Below, piece by piece: positions 53,066-64,000 of a DNA stretch of 64,000 nucleotides. A program made the translations under genes and the position numbers. The first letter of the stretch is position 1. Every line of letters begins with the position of its first letter. Under the pieces are notes generated by a model, which saw only the letters and a list, made by a program, of their open reading frames with translations, was not told the origin of the DNA and did no database searches. The DNA is from Bugula neritina (taxonomy: Eukaryota > Animalia > Bryozoa), in NCBI GenBank assembly GCA_964035545.1, contig OZ037765.1:33231504-33295503 (forward strand), read 5' to 3'.

Positions 53066-55319
53066 CTTACATGTCAGCAAAGCTATTTTCAATAAATATT
53101 ATTTAATAATAAGACTGAAAGGTTTGTGTAGAATCATTTGCATTGTACTCCATTCAATGGTGTACCATGTTTGTGTTTACACTTCAAAATAGCAAATTAA
53201 TGTCATGAGCTGAAGTTACAAAAAAGCAATTATTACATAATTAGTTTACCTAATCATTCAGCTGATTGGCAGATAAACAACAATCTAATAATATACAACT
53301 ACACCATTTATCAGCAGTGGAAATGTAATCCAATTTGTGTAACAACTAATATAGTATCGCATATAATATTTGCATATAGAAGTCTATAAATACAGCCCTA
53401 CTAATACCAATTTCCTGTTCCTCTGACCTCACAGTTAATATATTATACACCTCAAGCATGTCAATGCTATGAAAGATATATCACATAAACAATGGTCTCA
53501 CAGGGATAAGATGCCCCTCTTACTTTGCACACATTGCATAACACCGCCTACCATAACATGCTATTCCTGTAGTGTTGATGAAACTCATTATGTCAACATT
53601 AAGAAAAATCAATTGCATTGCTAGGATAATATTCAAACTTCAATTAATTTATTTAATGAACTTCTGCTTCAAAGTCTTGGAAATCGATTGAATGACGACA
53701 ACTGAATGAAAATTAAATTCAATCCTCTTCAACTTTTGTCATCTGATAGACATAGTTGACAGTCCCAATCAGTCAAGGTGTTTGTAGTCTATGATTGCGC
53801 CTATTGTTTTTTAAGTACGACTGTAATAGTGATGCACTTAGTGGTATCATGTGCAATATCTTAAACGGCAATTCATCTTAGAATTCAGAATTAAATAATA
53901 TAGCTTGTTTTGGTCCTTTTATTTTACTTACAAGTATTTTGAAAAGCTCCAGCATTTAGAAAATATTTATTTCAAGTTGTGTTGGGAAAAACTACCAGTT
54001 TTTTTGTGGAAAGGAAATTATTTTGTTTCTGATTTGAAGCACAAAAATGTCTAATTTCTGCAGGTTCTGAAGTTGATATGTCCTGCCCAATGCAGATGTA
54101 GAAGTAACTGAATAATTACCATTCAATAAAAAATATTTTAAAATTCAACACATTCATAGCCAACTCACCTCTATCATTACTACATTGAGATGCTACGAGA
54201 ACGATTCTGCCACTATAACTGGGTGCAAGCTATACCACAGCATCTGCATTATACAACAGCTGGTTATGAAATGTCGGTGTCTAGCTTACATGAGGCTAGC
54301 TCCAATCGATTTGATTGGCTAACTTTGCATTGGAGTGTTATGATGGTGGTACCTATTGATACTACTCAAATAATGATTTATTAGACATGCATGAGTATTG
54401 GTAACGTACTATGGATGACATTTAGAGACCGTATATTGGCCTAATATTGTGTATAATCCTTTACTTTTCAAACTAGTCGTTAAATTATGTGGACCTACTT
54501 TCAGTTTGTCTTTCCATAGTTGAATTATAGAAGAAATATTGATCAAATGGTATAACATGCTGAAAATTGCATAAAGTCCCTTGAACAGTGGGAGGGAGCT
54601 ATTCTAAGCTACCTCTTTTTATAAAAAATAATTTATAAACTCTTTTTCTATAACTTGTGATATTAGCTTCAAAGTCTCACGTCTCCCCTTGTGTTGTACA
54701 TTATGTAATTGCACTTTGTTGTGAATTTGAATTCAACTCAGTTGGAAAATTGTCTATGGTGACAGGTAATGAAGTATGGAGATTTCTATCCAGGGTATCA
54801 AATAGCTTCTTCATTTTTAGAATTTAGTAGAAATAGCATATATTTTTATTTTGGCACCAACTCTACAAAAGCTTCATAAATGTTTAGGCTTTGATAACAT
54901 GTAGGCTTCAGTGGATGTGATTAATCAATCTATTTGTGTTTTACAGTTAGTTTTAAAATAAATGTAGGGCATAGGTAACCTACTAGTACTTACACTTACT
55001 CTGCAGCCCACAGTGTTCATCTAGACTCTAGAGGTATATTCACATAAAGTTTCTATGCTTAGAATAAAGAATATTCTATTCATTTCAGTTCTTCAGTTAG
55101 TGTTTTAAATTTATTTCAGTTCCTCAGATCGAAAGTTATTAATAAACAAAATGTAAACTGTAAAAGCCCATGAATCTATACTAATACAATGAACAAAAAA
55201 AGTTTCATTTTAATGTAGGCTTTAGTTAAGGTGGTTTTATACAAGAAAAAACATTTCATTTTACAAGTTGCAAGTTGTCATTTAATTGATTCAAGTTAGA
55301 CTAACAAGATTTGAGAAAT

Positions 55320-58300
55320 ATGGCTGACATTGACACAGACACTGATGTCATCATACCAAGTATTAATCTTGACACGTCCATTCCTCATTCTGACATCACC
55401 TCTGGTGGAACTCCATTTCCAACAGGTCCGTTATTTAGGCAGCGTAGAATTTGAGCTTTGGAAAACTTTTTTATAAATTTTATGAATTTTTAATGACTAA
55501 TTATCCATTAGATACTAGTCATAAATAGGCTTTAATCTTTCAAGCAACTTTTTGATAAAACTTTCTGTCATTTTACTAAAAATTTAGTTGTAGTTCTTTT
55601 TATTCTGAGTTTAAGGTTATGTGATGTTCAAACAATTGAATGCTTGCTATTAGCCACTAAAATGTCAATTTGTCTGCATATGCAATGATTCACCCCCTTG
55701 AGTGTTTGCGCAAGTGTGTCTTGACATTAAAAGCATTTAAGTTGAAGATTATATATTATTTTGTAATGTATAGTTAACATTTCCTTACTGAAAATAAAAC
55801 TAAGTATAGGTATTGTGTCATTTTAATTTTGATAGACACTATTATATTGTGATTGTATTGTAATCTAAAGAGTTTGTAGATGCTATCAACTCACTCCACA
55901 TCTACCCAATATGTGAAACACAATCTAAATTTGGTTATTAAACCATTGCAGTATTGTTTAGCTAATCTCTTTAAACATAATCAATTATATAAATAGGAAA
56001 TAATTCTTTATTTATTGTTTGTTTGCAGCTGTCACTGAAGATGATCTAGATAAGTATGAATTGCCAAATTACTCTTTATCATTGTTTCGTTTGCTGCAGA
56101 CCTTGTATAAGGGAGGGGCGTTGTATAGGGGAGGGGCGTTGTATAGGGGAGGGACCTTTTGGGAGAGGGTCCTTGTATAGGGGAGGGTCCTTGTATAAGG
56201 GAGGGACCTTGTATAGGGGAGGGTCCTTGTATAAGGGAGGGACCTTGTATAGGGGAGGGGCCTTGTTTAGGAGAGTGACCTTGTGTACGGGAGAGACCTG
56301 ATATAGGGGAGGGACCTTTAGGGAAAGGGGATTTTACATTTGCAAAATTTATTTCTCTATACTAACAATAGGTTTACTCTTGGTTTTATTAAAAGTATAA
56401 TGTTATGTCTCAAAATTTGAATTGTTTAACTTCAGATTATAATTGAATATAGTCTAACATGCCAGGTCATTAGCATCATCTAATGCTTTAAAATTTCCAT
56501 CTCATTTCTATGCATGTTTCTGTCCAACTTTTATTAGTTTCAAATAGTTTTTTCTATCAATAATAATTCACCCTGCAGTTATCTACCTTCTTCACTTAAC
56601 TATTCACTGCTATCACAGAATGCTCTGCTAGGCTAACTCACGTCTGCTAACTCACGTCGGCTAACTCACGCCTGCTAACTCACGTCTGCTAACTCACGTC
56701 TGCTACTCACGTCTGCTAACTCACGTCTGCTAACTCACGTCTGCTAACTCACGTCTGCAGATCTCTGAGGTAATGTGTTATATTTCAGCTCTGAATGTAT
56801 CCCGTATGAAGAGGATAGTGACTCTGAGGAGCAGATAGTCCTGGATCCTGACCATGTAAGTGTGTGATGTTTGAGACGTGCCTGTTCGTTTCACTAACTA
56901 CCAATATAATCAATGTGAACTCATTACCATTTTTATCACTTGAATAAATTTAGTTTCTTACGTTTTCAGCCATTGATGGTTCGCTTCCAAAATGCTTTGG
57001 GGAATCAATTGAAAAAGAGGCTGGAGCAACTTGAGTTGCAAGAGAAAGACTTGGTTAGTCATTTAAGTAATACTCTATATAAAAAGACTCTAGTGTAATT
57101 TTATTAACCGTTATTAGTAATATTGATTGCCTTTTCTCTCCTCCAGAGCATGAAACTGACGGCGTCTCACAAGGAGAGAGAGAACCTGGGAGTTGTCTTG
57201 TACTCCGAGCAGCAGGAACTTGCCTTGCAGCAGGCGAAGTTGGAGAATCTAAACCAGGAGCTGATTGGTCACTCAGCACAGCGACTCTGTAAGGAGGCCG
57301 AGATGGAAAATCTGCGCAGGGAATACAAGAGTGTGGTCAGCCAATCAAATGAGAGCAAAGTTCAAGGTCTGTCACTCATATTTCTTCTGCTGCACTTTTG
57401 TATCGTCTGAGTTTATACTATACTTTCCAGTTTGCAAAGCAGATTGTTATAACAGTTAACTTTACTTATGAGATATATCCTCTTCTCATGTGAGACTTAG
57501 TGATGATGTAATGAGTCAGCATTCAACAGGAAATAGACTCGAAACTCGAGGCTGTTACTAATTCTAGATATCTGATATTTACCATGCTTCATATTTAAAG
57601 CGTCGATTTAATATCCCGAAGTATTTCAGCTGCCAACTCAAATACCTGCAAATGTCATTTTCTGTGGTCAAGTGTGAATTATTTTTAAATACCCTGAAAT
57701 AACACAACAAATATGCCGATTTATAAATATAAACTGAATGCTATGAAAATGCGATTTCATCCTGAAAGCCTGTTGCTGATAAATTACCTCCCCCTGTGTC
57801 ATGTTGCCAGCTGCTGAGGTTCAGAAAGAGTTGGATCAGTTGAACCTGAGGCTATTCTGCCTCCTGGCCAGTCACAAGGACATTCAGAGCGATGTCAAGG
57901 TCATGAAACGCGCCACCTTGAAAACAAAGAAAGACTTTGCTGACCTGGAGGTGGAGAAACAGAAGCAGGTGAGCTGTTACCATGTGATACTAGAGCTATA
58001 ACCTGTTACCATATGATACTAGAGCTATGAGCTGTTACCATGTGATACTAGAGCTATGAGCTGTTACCATGTGATACTAGAGCTATGAACTGTTACCATG
58101 TAATACTAGAGCTATGTAATAATACTACAGGACTACCGGGCCGACTATCTAGTGGATCTGATAGACCAGAAGGCCACTGAGATGGACATGTACAATGCCC
58201 AGCTAGCAGCTCAGCAGCTGGAAACTCGGAGATACAGAGACTTGCTGGCAGACGCCTCCATGGAGTTTGAGGTGGGCACGCTTCTTTTTATCTCACAGTA

Positions 58301-61300
58301 AACTAAAATATTGAAACTTCTTTTTTTTTCTCCTCCTTTATATTTTACAATTAACTAAAATGTTGAAACTTCATTTTTTTCTCTTTTTATCTTACATTAT
58401 TTAGACTAAGTGAAAGTGATGCAGTGCAACTGAATAAGATTCTGGAATCTTGTAGAACATTCTAGAAGTTAGTTAACTAGACTCCACTGCAGCCCTCACA
58501 AACACACAGCTCTGCTGGTACCAACACATATTAGCCGGCTGTGTCGGTGTAGAGGTTGTCGAATCAGTGGGAGGGGCTTAACTTTGATGTTCCCCTGCAT
58601 CCAGTCATGTGACCTTTGATGGCTCAACTTACGTCTATGTGATATTTCTACTGCAGGTTCTGTATACGGATATCAAACAAGTGCGGAGTAACTGGAACTC
58701 CACCCTCGTCAGCATGAAGAAACACGATGAATCATTGGCTATGATCCTCAAAGATGTAACGTATGTGCTGATTGATCACTTTTGATCTTGTAGAGTTAGC
58801 TTAACTGATTGTATATCTAAGTCCAACTCAATACTTATATACTTGATAATATATAAACTAAAATCTGCTGTACATGCAAATGCACCAGCTGTGTAATATA
58901 ATGAATTCAGCATACTGTCTCTTAATTCTAACTTTGACCTTAATTTATATGTAACACCAAACTTTAAAGTACTATGGTTACTGTTGTGGTGGTGGTGGTG
59001 AAAGAATGCATCAGTATTATATAAAATATATCGTTACCTTACAGTTGCGATACTATAAATAGCTCTAATGCGATGATATTGATACTATAAATAGCTATAA
59101 TGTAATGATATTGCCGACAGCTCGATTTGAGGGAATGTCAGACACATCTGTCTCCTCATAAGTGTCTACCTCACCAAATGCCTCGAGTAACAGCTGCTGT
59201 TTACTCGCTAAGTGCGCCAAATCGCTCTTTCATCGTCTCCTAGCAACTTTCTTGAGTTATTTATAGTAGCGGATATGCTGGTTGTTTAAGATGGTGGGAG
59301 ACCCATTTCACTTTACTTCAACCGGTTGTATGGGTCGAAAGATAAGATGCACGCATCAACATTGAGAACCTTGATAGAATGTCAGAGAGACTTGGACGCA
59401 TTTTTGTCAATCACAGCTTTTCATGCAATAAAAAAGCTTAAGTTTATGATTTTTGTTGCTTGAAGTTTTATCTGTTGATTAGAAATGAGGAACAGATTTT
59501 GCTGAGTAAGGAAAAGGAAATAGAAGCTTACAAGAAGAACATCCTGCAGTGTGAAGTTAAGCATGAGAAGCTGACCTACATGTCGCACAGAGTCAGCAAC
59601 GACATCGCCACCAGCAGGAAGTCTCTATCTAGGTCACGGAAGAGACTGGAAGATCTCAAAGTCACGTATACTCAAAAGAGTCGAATGTTGCAGACGTTGG
59701 AAGGACTTCTGACTCAAGTCAATGCTGTCAGTAATAACATTCTCATTATACGGTTTTTTGATGACTCATTGTTTCCTGTGTCATGTAATTTAGTTCAATA
59801 GTTTTGAAATGCATCTGTGAGCTAGATTGGAGGGGACTTCAACTCATCCTTCACAGCTTGCTAGTTGCTATGCATTATTGGTTGCTGAGTTTGTATTTTG
59901 ATTACATATACGGTAATTTATAGTCTTTTGTATAGCAATCTGTAGTCTTTGGTATAAAATTTATAGTCTTTGGTATAATAATGTATAGTCTCTGTAGGCA
60001 ATAGTATGAATTGCTCCGTTCACTAAAAAGTAATGACAACTCCAACTTCTTATTTTCCTTCTTGTTTAGGTAAAAGCAGACAAGCAGTCGGAGTTGTCTT
60101 GTCTACAGAAGGAAGTTGAGAATATGGCCGCAGGTAGAAATGATATGAAGTTGGAGCTGTTCAATAGACTACGCTCTCACTCTATGAACAGCAAGGCAGC
60201 AGAGTACACTAATAAGAAGACTCTCGCTATAATACATCACATCAAGAAGCTGGTAGAGTAGCCATGCCTTTATAATCCTTCTGATATACATTCCATTTCC
60301 ATTTTCCTTTTAGATATAAACGTGCATGACTGCGGCATTGAAGGTTGCTTTAAAAAGCTGATTGATGTTATGTATTGTCATTTTGATTTTTCAAAGCTTG
60401 ATGGTTTTTATGTACTTTTAATTTTATCAGGAAAATGACATGTCAAATGAAGAAAATGGACTAGCTGTATTGGAGCAGAAGCTGCTGCAAGTGGAGTGCT
60501 GTATCTCCCACAACAGAGAGCAACTGGTTGGCATACAGAAGGAGAGCGAGGAGAAAGGCGACATCATCGTCAACTACAAGAACTCCTACGACAGGAACCA
60601 CATCGTTGTGGAGAGGAAACAGAACTACATGGACGAGTGTAACAGGAAGTTAGCTAAGTTGCTGGAGAAGCGTGACGTAAGTGTGAATACTGACTGGTAA
60701 CAGTAATGTCGAATACTATTGTGTTGTTAGTGTAGATGTCTATTGAGGTCAAAAGGTTAATTATCGTATTTTCTGCTGTTTAAGGGAAATGAAGTCAGCC
60801 CTCTGGAGAACCTCGTTCTGAATTTGACCAAATCTCTACGCAAGGAAAGCACCAACATGCTCGACGATGAAACCATGTGGCTGGAGAAACAGCAGGAGTT
60901 ACTCACCCTTGTGCAGGACAAACACAACCTAGAAATAGACATCAAGTTGCGGCAAAGAGACATCGTTGTTATGACAGGAAAGAAACGTAAACTTGATGGT
61001 AAGAGATCGATGTTAGTCATAAGTTGAACAGACGCCTTGCGGTGCTATGTTATAAAGGAAATATTACTGGTACAGTAGATGGTCAGAGTAGAATGTGAAC
61101 TTTGACCTTTAGAACTTTGTTGCAAATCAGAAGATTCATTTTGTAATTTTGAAACAAACATCAATAAGCATGACAACACAGTGTTTTCTGGAGTTGAATT
61201 TTTTCTCAATTAGGAAGTGTTGTGCACTCATCTGTCACTCAGTCTAGAGGTATAATTATATCTTGCGACATTCTTACTGTTTACTCTGATGAATGTTTGG

Positions 61301-61998
61301 AAAGTTCACATGATGCATTAGCCTGTTTGCAAGAGGAGCCAACTCCTACTACTGTGTGAATATCTTGTTGACATCATTGTGTTTCTAGAGGCTGTTGAGA
61401 AGGAGCAGACGGAGATAAAGAGATGCACAGTCGATATGAAGCATCTCCGTATCGATATAGATAGGATTGTCCTGCATCTTAACAACCAATCAGGTTGCTT
61501 CTTACTTTCTCATTAGATACTTGAATAGCTAGTGAATCGAGTGCAAGTAGCTTTACTTCCTTTAAATCAATTTCAGCTACTGATGAACTAAACTAAATTC
61601 TATTCGTATAAAGTGTTCAGTTGTTTTACAAACTTTATTAGGCAGTAAGTGAGAGTGCATTTTTGCATAACGGAATTTTTTACGAACCACTGAAATATTT
61701 TAGATAAATAAATTAGGCTGACTATTTTTTAATTCTCAAAGCTTAAACACAGCAAGTAAGCAATGCAAAATCTAAACCTGTTGCCAACACTTAAGTGTAC
61801 GTAGTGTCTTGTAAGTTGAAGTATTGTCTTTGGTTTAAAAGATAAGAAAGATGTTGTGGAAAATGCCAATTGGCTGATGGAGACGGATTTCATTCGAGAG
61901 CTGAAGGAGTTGGAGATGGACATGATGGGGAGACAGAGCAAGCTGGAGGAGCTGAACGATGAGAAAGAGGCTTTGCTGAATCAACTAGTGCAGATAGA
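55320..61998 (+). CDS. CCDC40: CCDC40-like axonemal coiled-coil protein, 5' part (continues beyond window)
   Basis: IVLDPDH/PLMVRFQNAL (56789-57053), RENLGVVLYSEQQELA, DIQSDVKVMKRAT...EVEKQKQ, SPLE, WLEKQQEL, ETDFIRELKE...EKEALLNQLV match CCDC40. First exon 55320-55425 and a 25 nt exon 56029-56053 fit phase. May be a divergent paralogue. Confidence 0.85.
56101..56330. repeat. Approx. 20 bp G-rich minisatellite CCTTGTATAGGGGAGGG(A/T)
   Basis: About 11 copies following the 25 nt exon. Confidence 0.9.
56632..56760 (+). repeat. 14 bp repeat GCTAACTCACGTCT, approx. 9 copies, just upstream of an acceptor
   Basis: Ends in GTCTGCAG, 28 nt before the TTTCAG acceptor at 56788. Confidence 0.9.
57969..58116 (+). 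repeat. 29 bp repeat x5 forming almost the whole of a CCDC40 intron
   Basis: TGAGCTGTTACCATGTGATACTAGAGCTA units start at the GTGAG donor. The intron spans 57969-58130. Confidence 0.93.
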
Positions 61999-64000
61999 GT
62001 AAGTTAAATACCTACATAGTAAGTTATATACAGATAGAGTAAGTTAAATTCCTACAGAGTAAGTTACATACAGATAAAGTAAGTTATATACAGACAGAGT
62101 AAGTTATATATAGACAGAGTAAGTTATATACAGATAGAGTAAGTTATATACAAATAGAGTAAGTTATATATATATAGACAGAGTAAGTTATATATAGACA
62201 GAGTAAGTTATATACAGATAGAGTAAGTTATATACAGACAGAGTAAGTTATATACAGATAGAGTAAGTTATATACAGATAGAGTAAGTTATATACAGACA
62301 GAGTAAGTTATATATAGACAGAGTAAGTTATATACAGATAGAGTAAGTTATATACAAATAGAGTAAGTTATATATATATAGACAGAGTAAGTTATATATA
62401 GACAGAGTAAGTTACATACAGACAGAGTAAGTTATATACAGATAGAGTAAGTTACATACAGATAGAGTAAGTTATATACAGACAGAGTAAGTTATATACA
62501 GACAGAGTAAGTTATATACAGACAGAGTAAGTTATATACAGACAGAGTAAGTTATATACAGACAGAGTAAGTTATATACAGATAGAGTAAGTTATATATA
62601 GATAGAGTAAGTTACATACAGATAGAGTAAGTTATATACAGATAGAGTAAGTTATATACAGATAGAGTAAGTTACATATATAGATAGAGTAAGTTATATA
62701 CAGATAGAGTAAGTTACATACAGATAGAGTAAGTTATATACAGATAGAGTAAGTTATATACAGATAGAGTAAGTTATATACAGATAGAGTAAGTTATATA
62801 CAGATAGAGTAAGTTATATACAGACAGAGTAAGTTATATACAGATAGAGTAAGTTATATACAGACAGAGTAAGTTATATACAGATAGAGTAAGTTATATA
62901 CAGATAGAGTAAGTTATATACAGATAGAGTAAGTTATATACAGATAGAGTAAGTTATATACAGATAGAGTAAGTTATATATAGATAGAGTAAGTTACATA
63001 CAGACAGAGTAAGTTATATACAGACAGAGTAAGTTATATACAGATAGAGTAAGTTACATACAGACAGAGTAAGTTATATACAGATAGTGTAAGTTATATA
63101 CAGACAGAGTAAGTTATATACAGACAGAGTAAGTTATATACAGATAGAGTAAGTTATATACAGATAGAGTAAGTTATATACAGATAGAGTAAGTTACATA
63201 TATAGATAGAGTAAGTTATATATTGATAGAGTAAGTTATATACAGACAGAGTAAGTTATATACAGACAGAGTAAGTTATATACAGACAGAGTAAGTTATA
63301 TACAGACAGAGTAAGTTATATACAGATAGAGTAAGTTATATACAGATAGAGTAAGTTACATATATAGATAAAGTTATATACAGATAGAGTAAGTTACATA
63401 CAGATAGAGTAAGTTATATACAGATAGAGTAAGTTATATACAGATAGAGTAAGTTACATATACAGATAGAGTAAGTTACATACAGATAGAGTAAGTTACA
63501 TACAGATAGAGTAAGTTATATATAGACAGAGTAAGTTACATACAGATAGAGTAAGTTATATACAGATAGAGTAAGTTATATACAGACAGAGTAAGTTATA
63601 TACAGACAGAGTAAGTTACATACAGATAGAGTAAGTTATATACAGATAGAGTAAGTTATATATAGACAGAGTAAGTTACATACAGATAGAGTAAGTTATA
63701 TATAGATAGAGTAAGTTATATACATACAGAGTAAGTTATATACAGATAGAGTAAGTTATATACAGATAGAGTAAGTTATATACAGATAGAGTAAGTTATA
63801 TACAGAGTAAGTTACATACAGATAGAGTAAGTTATATACAGATAGAGTAAGTTATATACAGATAGAGTAAGTTACATATACAGATAGAGTAAGTTACATA
63901 CAGATAGAGTAAGTTACATACAGACAGAGTAAGTTATATATAGACAGAGTAAGTTACATACAGATAGAGTAAGTTATATATAGACAGAGTAAGTTACATA
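61991..64000 (+). repeat. 20 bp satellite CAGA(T/C)AGAGTAAGTTA(T/C)ATA, approx. 100 copies, seeded on a CCDC40 exon/intron junction
   Basis: The first unit is the real junction CAGATAGA/GTAAGT at 61998/61999. The array runs off the window. Confidence 0.98.

Overview
AT-rich, intron-containing animal genomic DNA from a compact, invertebrate-like genome (taxon cannot be fixed from sequence alone). Exons were assembled by hand using GT-AG boundaries and phase matching. Genes in order: anoctamin-10 (-), PRADC1 (+), PHF5A (-), DDX47 (+) with an antisense sushi-like membrane protein ORF in intron 1, a 12-exon MAP3K-like kinase-caspase fusion gene (+, 599 aa), POLD2 (+), a Mist1/dimmed bHLH (-), and the 5' part of a CCDC40-like gene (+). 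Mobile DNA: a 5'-truncated LINE, tRNA-like SINEs, a hairpin MITE, and a P-superfamily cluster (decayed THAP element, long foldback element, two end-only footprints). Three results stand out. (1) The kinase-caspase fusion is continuous and phase-consistent, with an intact kinase, an intact His/Cys dyad, a remodelled S1 pocket (QACRG to ETCSG; SWR to SKI) and DxxD sites in its linkers. (2) P-type elements are stacked on one target site next to that gene. (3) Many tandem repeats start or end at splice sites and amplify donor, acceptor or branch-point sequences.
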